Shown here piece after piece: positions 35,021 through 56,170 of a stretch of 64,000 nucleotides of DNA (its first letter is position 1; each line of letters opens with the position of its first letter). Below the pieces are notes generated by a model that was not told the DNA's origin, did no database searches, and saw only the letters and a program-made list of their open reading frames with translations. The translations under genes and the position numbers were made by a program. This stretch comes from the human T2T-CHM13v2.0 reference genome, Homo sapiens: NCBI RefSeq assembly GCF_009914755.1, contig NC_060926.1; one strand, given 5' to 3'.

Positions 35021-36383
35021 TATTAAGTGATAATAATATATTTAACCCTATATGGATTATGTATGGATTAACCTTATATGGGTTAAATCTGTAACCCATA
35101 TAGATTACTCTTGGTGATTTCTAATTCTAACCACTCTAGCTGACTTTTAGTGATTTCCGATTCTAACCAGAGTTTTCAAATCTATGTGAAGAATAAACCT
35201 ATTATTCAAAAGCACATACTTTGTTGATGGCAGACCAATAATATTATCTTTTTGTTACATGGAAATTTGAAGCAATAGGTTTATGTTACTAAGATTCTTG
35301 ACAAACAGCTTTACCAAATTCATCATCAGTGTTGGGCTATGCCAGTCTAACTTGGTGGAAAATTTGAATCATGAAATATTTAACGTATAATAAGTACATT
35401 TGTTTACCTCCTGTGAGACTTATCACAGCGGTAAGTACATTGTAGGCAGTGTACTAATTACTTTATTAATGTTGACTTAATTTCTATATGTTGGGAGAAT
35501 TAAAAATGTATAGCATTCTTCATGTACTAGCAAATGGTATTCTGAAAGTTAATAAGAAAGAAATTAATTCATTTTAACTTCTTAGAGGGTCAAAAAATTA
35601 ATTCACAAATATTAAAAATCATTTTTACCAAGCCTTGTTACAGATTCTGAAAATGAGATTCAGATGAGAAGAATAATTTTCTTTGTCTCTGTTTAGCTTA
35701 GAGGACATATGCCTGTTTTTTTTTGCATTTAATTTTTACACTTAGCTTTTTAAAAAATAGTTTTTTCCTTAGTACAGTAACGTGTACCTCCCTGAAAAAC
35801 TTCAGGCAATTTGGAGAACAAAATAAAAATTACCCACAGTTTTGCTCCCCTGCATTACCCACTGTGAACATTTCAGTCTGTCTCTTCTAGGCTCTATTTT
35901 TTAACAATGTATGTACATCCACCCCCATAAACATGGTAGGACCATGTCTGTTTATGTTACTACATTAAACTTATAGCGCCACTTTATCAATTGCCTTATG
36001 ACTTTTTCTATTAGGGTCTTAATTTTTTAGCTTATTTTTAAGTGTTCTTTTATGTCAGACATACATAACATGTCAACATATATATAGCGTATACATAACA
36101 AAGTCCTGTGACACTTATTTGTGGTACTTTTTTCCTGTCATACAAATTTTCAATTTTTATTTAGTAAAATCATTTTTTTTTCTTATTTATATGTTTTGGT
36201 ATTCAGCTTAGAAAGACCTTTCACCTCAAGATTATGTAGGTATTTAAACTTTTTTTTTTAAGTTCTTTTGTGATTTTTGTTTTGTTTTTCTAGTTCTTAT
36301 GTGGTTTTATTTTACATTTAACTCTTAATCCTTTGCTAAATGCTTAAAGTACTTTGAAGGCCTAATCTAGGAAGTAGGAAAAT

Positions 36384-36936
36384 ACAGTTGTCCCTCAGTA
36401 TTCACAATGAGGATTGGTTCCAGGGCATCCCCCACCTCCCAGCAGACAGCAAAATCTTTGCATACTCAAGTCCCACAATCCTGTGAAAACCAAGTATACA
36501 AAAAGCCGGCCCTCAGTATCTGCGGGTTTCACATCAGACAAATACCTCATTTTCCATCTGCCTTCAGTTGCAGATGCAGAACCCGTAGATGTGGAGTGCT
36601 GACTGTTTTTATTGAGAAAAAAAGCCGGGCGCGATGGCTCACACCTGTAATCCCAGCACTTTGGGAGGCCAAGGCGAGTGGATCACGAGGTCAGGAGTTC
36701 AAAACTAGCCTGACCAAGATGGTGAAACCTCATCTCTATTAGCCAGGCACAGTGGCGGGCACCTGTAATCCAAGCTACTCAGGAGGCTGAGGTTACAGTG
36801 AGCTGGGATCAGGCTACTGCACTCCAGCCTGGGTGACAGAGTCTCTGTCTCAAAAAAAGAAAAAAAAAAGGAAAAAAGAAATCCAGATATAAGTGGATCT
36901 ACACAGTTCAAATCTGTGTTATTCAAGGGTCAATTA
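36384..36936. mobile_element. MER2B-like Tigger MITE with an internally deleted Alu (36623-36880)
   Basis: TA-CAGTTGTCCCTCAGTAT...TTCAAGGGTCAATT termini. Confidence 0.85.
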
Positions 36937-36975
36937 TGTATGCATAGGTAAACCCAATAGTTGTTACCTACTTTT

Positions 36976-37278
36976 TCTTTCTTTTTTTTTTTTTTTTTTT
37001 TTAGAGATGAGTCTCACTCTCACCAGGCTGGAGTGCAGTGGCACAATCTCGGCTCACTGCAACCTCCGCCTCCCGGGTTAAAGTGATTCTCCTGCCTCAG
37101 CCTCACGAGTAGCTGGGACTACAGGTGCATGCCACCATGCCCAACCAATTTTTGTACTTTTAGTAGAGATGGGGTTTCACCATGTTGTCCAGGATGGTGT
37201 CAATCTCTTGACCTCGTGATCTACCTGCCTCGACCTCCCAAAGTGCTGGGATTACAGACGTGAGCCACCACGCCTGGC
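36976..37278 (-). mobile_element. AluS
   Basis: TSD TGTTACCTACTTTT on both sides. Confidence 0.95.
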
Positions 37279-37364
37279 CTGTTACCTACTTTTAAGTGTC
37301 CTGAAATGTAACTCTTCCAAGGTTTGAAAGTCTAAAGTTACAGAATCAATCATGTTATCTTAGT

Positions 37365-37840
<476 letters not shown>

Positions 37841-38528
37841 TTATCTTAGTCTTTAGTGTCACCTTTGCTGAAAGTAAGAGAGGGGCTAATGGTAGAAAGC
37901 CTTCAGGGTCTGAAAAAGATTAAGGAAGACCACCAAAGAGCAACAATTTACATCTTAATTATTACTTTTAAAAGCTAGCCTTTGTTTATATTTTCTAAAG
38001 TCATCACACTACATAAACAAATATTCCAAGACATGTAGATATGAGAGATAAGTATATTGCCTATGTATATAAATACATAGAGTTCTCCTCTATTTTACAT
38101 TACTTTTCTTCCCACTAATGACTTAAGTTCCCCCAAAGACTTTACATCTTGTCCTGCCATTGAGAAAAGGATTGAGATCTCAACTATTTCCTCCTGTTAA
38201 CTAGGTCCCTTCTTGGTTTAGGGCTGCCCACTTACCAACCTTTGCCATTTGGCTCTCTATCCCTGTTATTAGAATAAATCCCTGGCTAGTGTACTGACTT
38301 AATTTTCAACTTTCTTTCATGCCTGGAGGGTTGGGGTGGGGGGAGTAGCAGAATATGGGGAATTTTTCTGGATCGTTTCTGCACTTTCCTGGAGATAAGG
38401 GAAGTTTTGGGGTTGGGTTTGGAGGTATTACCTCAGACCTCTTCCACCATTCTGTTGTGACAATCAAATCAGACTTCCTAGTACCAGTATTAGGTTTTTT
38501 CCCTCTACTTCAATAGAAGAAACCTTAG

Positions 38529-38854
<326 letters not shown>

Positions 38855-39104
38855 TGAATCTTCCTCTTCAGTATCTTTGTGGCACTGTTTTCTTCCCTTT
38901 CATCAGTTGGTAAATGCTTTAAGTACTTTGAAAGCCAAATCTAAAGCTTTTAAATAAGGAAGTAGAGGTATGGGTCAACACAATAGCCATTACCTATTTT
39001 CATTGTCCTAAAAATATTTCTTCACTCTTCCAATACCTAAAAGTCTAAAGTTAGAGAGTCATTTAGCTCATCTTCGTTTTAGAATAGCATTTGCTGAAGG
39101 CAAG

Positions 39105-39669
39105 TATAGGAGATCAGAATATGCCACCCCAAAATATGTCACTCTGGCATAAGAATTATTTTGAGCTGAAGGCACTCGAGAAATAGCAAATGCAGGAAGA
39201 ACTCTGTGACCTCTCAAATGTTCTTATCTAAAAGCAGGTTATAAAATTTCCCATGAGAAAAGTGTTCTTCCTGAACCAGGAATAGAAGAACATTCTTAAC
39301 ACTGGAGACTGGGAGTTACTGCCAAAAGAGAACTAAACAAACAAACTACACAAACTGAAAACAATCCTTATCTTCCACTGGTTTCCCCCATATATTTCCT
39401 GGTCACTGCCTCACAATGTACTGCCCCTAGCCTAATACCCTTTGTCTTGTATCCTCACAATTTATCATTCTTTGTTTTAAAAGGTATACACACTTTTGAG
39501 CCTAACTGCTTTTTCAGACATTCATTTTCCTTATGAGGGCTCCCATGCATGTAAAAATATTAAATAAAACTTGTATGCTTTTTCCCTGTTACTCTGTCTT
39601 ATGTTAGTTTAATTCTCAGGCCCAGCCACAGAACCTAAGAGGGTAGAAGAAAGTTTTTCCTCCCCTATA
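39105..39669 (+). mobile_element. Solo ERV1 LTR, MER34-family-like
   Basis: AGAATATGCCACCCCAAAATATG start, AATAAA at ~39563, end TTTTCCTCCCCTATA; 4-bp TSD CAAG. Confidence 0.85.
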
Positions 39670-40619
39670 CAAGAAAGGGGCTTATTTCGTCTCCTGCCTT
39701 AAGCTGGTCAATGGTACTTCACACAGCTTGAGCTTCCAGTCTTCCAAACCAGACCTTTTTGGAACTGAAACAAAATCATATCATTTTTTTTTTCTCCTTG
39801 AATGAGTACCTAGATCTTAGAAATAGAAGTCATATTATGAAGATCTTATTTTGGAATTCTAAGCAAGAATTTAGCTCTTTTATTTTAGGTTTTATCTGTT
39901 CTCCTATATGAGAGCAATATTTATAAATTAGGAGAAATGGTAAAAGAAAGTTAACAATGGGGAGTAAAAAGATCAACGTTTCAATATCTAAAAATATTCT
40001 GTTACAGTTGCTTTTATGATCATTTTGAAACAGGATACTTCTACTGCACTTACTGTGTGCAACTGTAGGAGAATTACATGTGACGTATCCTTCTAAGAAC
40101 TTCTACTTATTTTTTGATCACATCTTCGATAACTTTGAATGTATAGTCTGAGGGTGTTTCCTTTTTATTTTGGCTATTTAATGAATTGGTTCTTATATAA
40201 CTATAATGATCATGAATCTTCTTTGTAAATAAGTTACTTTCAGTTACACTCATTTAGGACTTGAAAATTGCAGACTGTAGTGATGGAAAGGGGGAAGTGA
40301 GAACTAGAGTTAAACAAAACAGAACAAGATTATGGTAATATCAACAGAAATTAAAAATAGGAGGTCAGGTGGCTTTTGTTATCTATGCCAGTTGTAGGGA
40401 TTGTGTCTTTTCTTGCTGGTTTAGTAATTTTGGTGCCTATTGTTAAATGTGATAACATCCCTGGCCAGATATTTTGTTCAGGGCCCACTTACAAGTCTGC
40501 AATAGGGAAAGTGGGGACAGGCTGCATCTAAAAGGGCTTTACTCAAGGCCTTGTCCGTCGAGTTCACTAATATAATCCGAATATGTAGTAGAGTGGTTGG
40601 CATATAGGTGCTCAAATAA

Positions 40620-41225
<606 letters not shown>

Positions 41226-41709
41226 AGCTGCATCTTTTGTTTGTTTATTGTTTATGATATTGATTGAATGAATGAATGAAGCCTGCAAGGGTATTGCCAA
41301 CATGAAAACATTGTCAGAGAGAAAAGAAGTCAAGCTGATAGTTGAAAGAGATGAGGATGTATGTTGAGCCAGACAGGTCAAGTGAAGATGTAGTAGTAAA
41401 ATGAACATCAAGGTTGGGGAATCCCTGTCAGTGGGAAGGCAAGAGAAGGAGAAAGAGAAGGAAAGAGATACAATCCAGATCAGGTATTTCTCAAAGAAAC
41501 ATTCCACAAGTCTTTTTTCTTACCCTGTTGGTATAAACAAGTGGCACACCTACTTTATCAGATTATAAGAAAACAGCTATTTTCTCATAAGAAAATTGTT
41601 TAATGCATCCACATCCTTACACAATAGATTCTAAGTGGCATTATGATAAATTTGCATATGTACACACACTGTTTACTTAAATTTATGGTAACTATATTTT
41701 GCAAATGAA

Positions 41710-41763
41710 AAGATCAGAACATATGATAAGATCAGAACATATGATAAGATCAGAACATGTGAT
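41710..41763. repeat. 18-bp tandem repeat, three copies
   Basis: AAGATCAGAACATATGAT x2 plus AAGATCAGAACATGTGAT. Confidence 0.95.
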
Positions 41764-41830
41764 ATGACCAAACTTCTTCTGGTTTGGTGACATGTTTATA
41801 TAAGAAGTCTTACAAATACATACACATTAA

Positions 41831-41954
41831 TATGCCTAGTGTTCCATTAATGGAATGCTAAGCATGTGGGAGTCATTTATATCCTACTGCTCAAGGTCAT
41901 CACCAAGGTCTGACTGTAAAAATTCAAAAAATTGCAACCTCAGGCATAAATGGG
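41831..41954 (+). mobile_element. MER85 (piggyBac/PGBD3-derived MITE)
   Basis: TTAA-[TATGCCTAGTGTTCCA...GCAACCTCAGGCATAAATGGG]-TTAA; first 6 nt (CCCATT) of the left TIR are missing. Confidence 0.95.
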
Positions 41955-42292
41955 TTAAATCACATTATGTTTGAATGTTATATATATTTAAAACTATGTT
42001 ACAACTAACACATTTTTGCATCATTTTTATCATAAGTGACTAATTTTTTCCCAACATTTGTTGGCATATGTCAGAGTAATTTATTTGGAACACTGCAGTT
42101 TTATTGACCATCAGTGACTTTTCTGATATTCATTTATCAGCAAAAATGATCTCTGCATCCTTGCTCAGAATTAGACCAGGCAGTTGTACATTTTTGCATA
42201 CTACTGATGTTTAAATTACCACAATATTTACATGCCCAATATCTTTGACCTCTAAAAAGTTTATCTTTAAACTATTCAGTTAGCAAATTCTT

Positions 42293-43081
42293 TTTTAAAA
42301 AAATATTTTTTATTTATGGACTTAGGGGTACAAGTACAGTGGTGTTACATGGATATATTGCATAGTGGTGAATGCTGGGCTTTTAGTGTACTCATCACCC
42401 AAATAGTGTACATTGTACTCCATAGGATCATGTTTCATCTGTACCTGCCTCCCACCCTCCCACCTTTTGGAGTCTCCAGTGTTCATTATTTACTCTGTAT
42501 GTCTGCATGTACCCGTTGTTTAGCTTCCACTTATAAGTGAGAACATGTGGTTTTTAACTTCCTGAGTCATTTCACCAAGGATAATGGCCTCTAGTTGCAT
42601 CTGTGTTTCTGTAAAAGACGTTCTTTCTTTCTTGTTTCGTATTTTGTTTTTGTTTTTTGTTTTTTTTGCTAGTATTCTGTGGTATATATGTATACCATAC
42701 TTTTAAAATCCAGTTATCCATTGATGGACACTTAACTTGATTCCACGACTTTGCTATTGTGAATAGGGCTGTGATAAACATACAAGTACAGATTTTTTTG
42801 ATACAATGATGTCTTTTTCTTTGGGTAGGTACCCAGTAGTGGAATTGCTGGGTCAAATGGTAGTTGTATTTTTAGTTCTTTGAGAAATCTCCATACTGTT
42901 TTCCATAGAGGTTGTACTAATTTACATTTCCACCAGCAGTATATAAGTGTTTCTTTTCTCTGCATCCTCACCAATGTTTACTGTTTTTTGACTTTTTAAT
43001 AACCGCCATTCTGACTGGTGTAAGATGATATTTTATTGTGGTTTTAATTTGCATTTCTCTGATGATTAGTGATATTGAGCG
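42293..43081 (-). mobile_element. 5'-truncated L1PB/L1MA
   Basis: ORF2 C-terminus [19 protein letters not shown]; TSD AGCAAATTCTT at 42282-42292 / 43082-43092. Confidence 0.92.
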
Positions 43082-43290
43082 AGCAAATTCTTATTGGGAT
43101 GTAATTTAAGAACACAAAATTTACCATAAACACCATCATGTGACAAAGTGGGAAGAGAAGTTTCAAAAAAGATTTGTATTTTTGCTAAGTCATCTCACTC
43201 AGGGTTGTTTAAAAACCAAATCCAATATAAATATCTTAAAAGTTAAGATAACTCAGAAAATTAACATAAAACTGATCTAAGTCACAGTGA

Positions 43291-43829
<539 letters not shown>

Positions 43830-43948
43830 TACTAGTATATTTTCAAGAGCACTTAGACTCCCAAATCTTATATACAAACATGAAAAAACTAGTGCTGCAC
43901 TATAATAAAATCACAGATTTACATCATATACATATAAGAACATATTAA

Positions 43949-44558
43949 TTTTTTTTTGAGATAGGGTCTCACTCTGTTGCCCAGGCTGGAGTGCAGTGGC
44001 ACAATCATGGCTTACTGCAGCCTTGAACTTCTAGGCTCAAGCAATCCTCCTGCCTCAGCCTCCTGAGTAGCTAAGACTGCAGGCACACACAACCATGTCT
44101 GACTAATTAATTTTTTAATTTGTGGTAGAGATGGAGTCTCACTATGTGGTCCAGGCTGGTGGCAAACTCCTGACCTTAAGTGATCCTCCCATCTTGGCCT
44201 CCCAAAGTGCTGGGATCACAAGTGTGAGCTACCTCACCTGGCCAGTGTTAATATTTTTATGATAATTTCAATTCAGCTTGAAGAATATCAGACATGCTTT
44301 CAGTTATTAAATTTAATTCCGAGTTCAGGAGTTCAAGACCAGCCTGGCCAATATGGTAAAACCTTGTCTCTACTAAAAATACAAAAATTAACTGGGTATG
44401 GTGGCCTGCGCCTGTAGTCCCAGTGACTCAGGAGGCTGAGGAGGAGAGTTGCTTAAACCCAGGAGGTAGAGGTTGCAGTGAGCCGAGATCGCGCCACTGC
44501 ACTCAGCCTGGGCAACAGAGGGGGACTCCATCTCAAATAAAATAAAATAAAATAAAAG
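43949..44558. mobile_element. AluJ (-, 43949-44243) and 5'-truncated AluS (+, 44321-44558)
   Basis: Alu motifs and tails. Confidence 0.9.
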
Positions 44559-45069
44559 TAATCCATGCTCACGATATAAGGTTCAGATGTTATAGAAAGT
44601 TTGGATGTGAGATGTTTAAACAAAATCTATTTTCTCTGACTCTTACTTCCGTTACATAGAAATTTTCTATGCTATACATATATATTCCTTTTGGTAGACA
44701 AATGACATCCGCTCCATTATTAACTTATATTTTGCAGATGTGTGCTTTGCAACCAATCCTCCCCCATATTTTATTACAGTTAAGACATAAGTTATAGAAA
44801 AGTTTTCAGAAATCTATGCCTTTTGTAGCTCTAAGATTTATCATTAGCAAACTAATTTATTAGTTAGTCAGCTTGCCACCAAAACCAGAGAAAACAGCCA
44901 TTTAACTAGCCATTTGTCTCAACCACAATTTTTCATATGTAATTCTGTAGTTAAATAAGAAGATATTATTATATGATAGAAACCACTATGACAGTTTCCC
45001 AATTTCTATGATATAGCTTTTCTAGTTCCTATAGTAAGACTTTTTCAATTTTGATAACAGCTGTGAAAA

Positions 45070-46550
<1,481 letters not shown>

Positions 46551-48991
46551 TATATGAAACAAATTTAAATTTAACTTTCTAATATAATCAAAAAACCTGA
46601 AAATGATTATCTTGTAAAATTATACATGCTTTCCCTTCCTTAGGGATAGTAGCTACATTTCCTAGAAATAATGCTGTAAAAATGAGTTAGATAACCAACT
46701 GCTATTTCAGAAAGATGTGGTTACTTCCTTCATTAGAAATATTCCAAATAATTAGACTTTATTTAACAGATCAATTTATTCTTTGCCATAATTCTTAAAT
46801 GTACACTGATTTTTTTTCAGAATTATAGTGGTATTTATACATTTCTCATTAGCAGTCCTAAGCATGCTTTAAATCATTAAGAAAATATTTAGAAATTGCC
46901 ATTCCCAAATACTGATATTTTTCAAAAGTAAGTGCTACTATTGATACATTACTAGATTTTGCTGAGTAAAGCTCTTTCTACACACAAACATGTTGGCCAC
47001 CTGCAACTGTTTGTCAGTGGACTTGGTTTGAGAACACTAGTAGTAATTGTAAACTTAGGAATGTGTGACAAGCTAACAGCCAGCTGTGCATATCCTGACT
47101 TTTCCCAGGTGTTAAAATAAATATGACCATTTGGTTCACTTGTAACTCAACAAAATATTTCATGATTCATTAGCTTGAAAATCCACTTACAGTTTTTTGA
47201 GTAGGTAATGTTATATTCATTTGAAATGAAAAACATATACCCAGAAATATTTGTGGTATTATTACTTATAATATTAAATGGTCTTTTCATAAAATGAAAA
47301 TAATGTAACATTTATGTAGGTTTTTTTCATATTCTTTGTATAGGGAAACACCAGTGAGCCACTTCTGCCTATAGGCATCAAAAAGAATGAAAATGTGTTT
47401 CATATTCAATTAGAGTTCAACTTGCCTTGGCAGAACTGAGTTCCAAACTGATCTTACATTAATTACTATCTTTGTTACATATCACGTGTTTGATCATTAT
47501 CTGATAACAATTATTATTGATTGAACACCGGCTGTTAGGTTGTTAGCTCAAGAGACCCAGATGCCTAAATCTTTCCTTGACTAAACTACCCATCCTTATA
47601 AGGTTTCTGAGGGAGAATATACATACAAAAGACAACTGCAACTGGGAAATACAAATCCATTTTACTATTAAATTATCATTGATCTGAAACTCCAAAGCTA
47701 GGGTTCCCAGATAAACTGGAGTGAAATACGTGGCTTAGGCAGCTCCTCCCCTCTTCTCCAAATTAATGAACTGAAGAACAGCAAAGAGGATGTAGTGAGC
47801 TGAAAGAGAGAAATGAGCTAATAGAGCTCCCTTGCCTCTGCCCCCTTCTATTACACACTTTTATTTCTTATCTTTTAACACAGTGATTACTAGGACCCAA
47901 GCTTATGATAAAGCAAGAGTGACTCTACCCCTTGAAAGAGAAGATTCATTCTGGCTTTTCTCAGATAAGAGGATAAGTTATCATAACTGGTCAGATTTCT
48001 GGCCCTAATTAAGCTTCTTTAATTTGTGGCAGAGACACACTGTATTTTTTTTTTAAAGATGTACACAGATGCAGCCTGCTTTCTTTCTCTTGAGTGAGAT
48101 CTGCCATGTGGCTAACCAGAGGATAGTAAGGTCAGGGGAGTAAGGTCCCTGACCCCACCTTTGTGTACTTAACTCCCTTGTTAGTTACCACTGCTTTTTA
48201 TAAAAGTATACTGGGCCTACAGAGATTCCTTTCTTGGAATCAATTAAAAGAGACTATTGGTTAACTCTGACTCCAGACTAGAAACAAAATGTATGCCCAT
48301 TCTACTTTCCATTCCAAATATTGCCCAGCTTCACACTCTAGCCTATACCAGATTTTAGAAGTTGGCACTAGGGTTTTGCCCAGTCTTTGAGCAGTATTGT
48401 CTTTGATCAATATTTAGAAGTGCATAAATTCTGCCTCATTAGGTTTCAGGGGCAGTATAACATATAAGACAAGTGCGAGAAACAAAGTGGATTCCTTCTA
48501 CTCCTTTTAATCAGGTCTTCATACCAGTTCCAGCCTTATAGAAGAGAAGGGAGGAACCCACACCCGTGTTCTTTGCACACATACATACCCCAATATAGAA
48601 TCAGATTAATGTTTATTCCCTGGGAAGTGGGTGGAGAGGGCCAGGAGAAGGTGGAGGGAGCTCAGATATGGTCTCTACCCAAAAGACTAACTCAGTTATG
48701 CCAGACACTGCCAAATACACTGGCTTCACAGCATAGGAGTGCACTTATACTAGTTTATTGGTCTCAGAAATATACTTCAAATAAGACTGCCTTTACCATA
48801 CAGAGAACAGTTTTTATTTTTTTAATACTAAAAGATACACCATTCCTGTTTCTGGGAAAAATCATATATAAATCTTATATAAAGCTCTTTAAAACATATA
48901 TTTTATAGGTCAAAATTATGGTTTAATTTACCTCATAAGTCCCAGGTTCTTGACATTTTAAGGTGCTTTGTGACCTTAAAGTATCAGACTC

Positions 48992-49289
<298 letters not shown>

Positions 49290-49419
49290 TCAGACTCACC
49301 GAGGGTATATTTAAAACCACTTTGAAATTCAATGTATTTTCATACAAATGAATGGCCATTATTCTTGTTACAGAGAATTTTATCAATCTAATGGAAACTG
49401 TGAAAACCATATTAAAATA

Positions 49420-49761
49420 CAGTCATGTGACACATAATGCTGTTTCAGTCAACAATGAACAGCATATATAATAGAGGTTCCATAAGATTATAATACATAT
49501 TTTTACATATTTTTAAATATTGAGATATTTTTAGATACATAAATACTTACCATTGTGTTATAACTGCCTACAGTATTAAGTACAGTAACACACTGCACAG
49601 GTTTTTAGTCTGGGAGGAATAGGCTCTCTCATATAATGTAGGCATGCAGCTTATACCGTCTAGGTTTGCGTAAGTATACTCTATGATGTTTGCCCAAAGA
49701 TGCAATCCCCTGATGATATATTTCTCAGGATGTATCCCTGTCATTAAGTGACACATGGCTA
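49420..49761. mobile_element. Tigger3a/MER7-type MITE
   Basis: TIRs CAGTCATGTGACACATAA...TTAAGTGACACATGGCTA with TA flanks. Confidence 0.85.
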
Positions 49762-50290
49762 TATATGAATATGTTACTGTTAGAAACACTAAAGGCTAGA
49801 ATTAATGATTATCTTCATTTTCAATATCATGATAAAGGAAGAAATGTAAAAAATATTGGAAAAGAAAAAACAAGAACTATTACTAACAGATAACGTGAGT
49901 TCTCCTAAACAAAAAATAATCAATTGAAAAACTTTTAGATCTGACCAAATCTAAGATAAATATATACCTTACACTATTAACAGTGGTTACCTCTGGGCAG
50001 AGAAGAGAGATGTTGGGTTGGGGGATAAAGGCTGACAATTACTTTTTAATCACTGTATTTTGATATTGTTTGAACTTTTACCATGAGGATGTATTTGTAA
50101 TATTAAAAACTAAACTAGGTTAACTCTTTACATAACATTTATTTTTAAAATTTTAGCAAAGCACTATGTAAGATGCTTCACTTTGTGTATTGGATATTTT
50201 TTATAACTGGGACCCATTATAATACATATATATTACATTTATATGTATATATAATACAATATAGAAGAAATCACATTTTACATTATTTTG

Positions 50291-53824
<3,534 letters not shown>

Positions 53825-54225
53825 ATATAATATTTTGAAATGACACAATTTTAGAAATGAAGAACAGATTAGTGGTCACCAGGAGTTTGGGATGGGAAGA
53901 GGAGGCAAGAGGAAGGTGGGAGTTGTTATAAAAGGATAACATGTCTTCTTGTAAAGCAACTGTTCTGTAACCTGATTCTGGTGGCGGTTAGACAAACTTA
54001 CACATCTGATAAAGAAACTAAATACATACACAAATAAGTAAACCTGGGGAAATCTGAATAAGATTAGTAGATTGTATCAATGTCAATATGGTATGCTGGT
54101 TTTGATATTGTGCCATGATTTTGCAAGACAGTTCCACTATTAGTGGAACGTGCATAGAGATATATATTACTTCTTACAATTTTATGTGAATCTATAATTA
54201 TCTCAATACAAATTTCAATTAAAAG
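53825..54225 (+). mobile_element. L1MC/MD 3' fragment
   Basis: GGAAATCTGAATAAGATTAGTAGATTGTATCAATGTCAATA. Confidence 0.75.
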
Positions 54226-54759
54226 GATAGCCAAGAAGTTAAGAAAAACCAATGCACAGACTCAGGTAGCTCAGCTAATCCCTAAGTGAAATAGTAAAGA
54301 AAACCTGCAACTAGAATGGTAAGACAGCTAAGTATTCATTCATTAAATTGCAATTTCCCTTTCTGCATAGTAATAGAAGTACCGATACATGGCTTCTCAA
54401 ATACTCTACATTCTTCATTCTTCCTTATGGGTAAGTGTGACTTTGTACATAATTTCTTACCATTATAATGCTTTCAGCTGGGACCTTGTTTATTTATAAG
54501 CTATCTCCATTTTCCTTCCTCCTCCTATAAACCAAAGCAAGAATATGCCTGTGACCTGGTTTTCACCGTGGGTGGCAGAGAAACAAGATAGAAGAAACCT
54601 GGTTTCCTGGATAGCAATGTGGACCATAGCCACCTATCAACCTGGAATAGGGAACCTAGGTTGTCATTTTGAACTATTGTATTTTTAGCTTTCCTTGTTG
54701 TATATCTACAGTTTCCCTGAACTTGTACACCTAGACACATCAGGGTGTAACTTCAAAAC

Positions 54760-56170
54760 CAAAAAGAAAAGGAAACTGCTAAAGGAGCTATGTTTTTCTG
54801 TCAACACAGACTTTGGAATGATATTTTTAATGAGCTAAAATAAAATCACCACAAACCTAAAATTCTACACCTGATGAAAAGATTCTTCAAAAACAAGGGT
54901 GAAATAAAACTATCGGACTAAAATAGAGATTATTATGAGAGAATGTCACCAAAAGAAATTCTCACAGATATACTTCATTTAGAAGCAAAATGATCCTATA
55001 TAAAAGATTTGAGATGCAAAAAGAAAGCAGCTGTGCACAGTGGTGCACACCTGTAGTCCCAGCTACTTGGGAGGCTGAGGCAAGAGGATCACTTGAGCCC
55101 AGGTGTTCAACGGTATAGTGCACTATAATCACACCTGTGAATAGCCATTGCACTCCAGTCTGGGCAACATAATGAGACCCCATCTCTAAAAAAAATAAAA
55201 ATAAAAATTTGAAATTAAAAAAAAAAAAGGAACATTGTCTAAAGTCATAATAAAGTTAAATGGTGAAAAAAGATACAGTTAAAATATTGGAGAGCAATAG
55301 CATATAAGTTGGAGGAAGCAAATGTTCTGTGTAATTCAGGAAAAAAAATTTTGATTAACATAAAGTGTTGATAAATTTGCACGTTGTGTGGAATATCACA
55401 GTTACCGCCAGAAGAATAAGGAACAGTGTGTTGTAAGTTGAGAGAGAAAAACAGAATGATCAAAAGTACTTAATTCAAAGGTAGATAAAAAAGGAAAGAA
55501 AGAAATATAGAAGAAGTGGGACAAATATCAAAGTGATAGATATAATTTCTGAGTTATAATAAGTGTGAACAGATTAAATGATATAGTTAAATATTCTATA
55601 TTTATTTACTTATTGTAGAGACAGGGTCTTGTCCTGTTGCCCAGGCTGGAGTGCAGTGGCCTGATCATAGCTCTCTTTAGCCTCAAATTCCTGGACTCAG
55701 GCAATCCTCTTGCCTCAGTCTCTGGTGTAGCTAGGACTACAGGCAAGTACGACTATGCCTGGCTAAATTTTAAAATTGTTTTGTAGAGATGGCATCTCAC
55801 TATATTGCCCAGGCTGGTCTTCACCTCGTGGCCTCAAGTGATTCTCCTGCCTTGGCCTCCAAGAACACTGGAATTATAGACATGAGCCAGTGCGCCTGGG
55901 CTAAATGCTGTAGTTACATATTTTTTACTGTACTTAAGCAACGAAGATTGTCTGGGATAAACAAAACATAGCTATGCACTACATACAATAAGCACATCTA
56001 AAATAAAAGGGTGCAGAAAGGTTGAGAGTAGAAGAATGAAAAAAGAAAAATTTTGCAAATACAAAGGCCCCCTTCATAAGCCCCCACTCCAAAATGTTTA
56101 AGACAAGAGCATTACTAGGATTGGAAGGTTTCTATCTAATTTTTAAAATTTCACTTCACCAGGAAGAGTA
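54760..56170 (+). mobile_element. Degenerate L1ME ORF1/ORF2 fragments with an Alu monomer (+, 55029-55228) and AluJ (-, 55598-55901)
   Basis: AACCTAAAATTCTACACC...AGGGTGAAATAAAAC (end of ORF1); AGAAAGGTTGAGAGTAGAAGAATG (endonuclease). Confidence 0.6.

Noticed and set aside
38325-38425. G-rich tracts with possible G-quadruplex potential
   Set aside because: Short and imperfect, with no supporting context
41710-41763. CRISPR-like array
   Set aside because: No spacers and the DNA is eukaryotic; this is a simple tandem repeat
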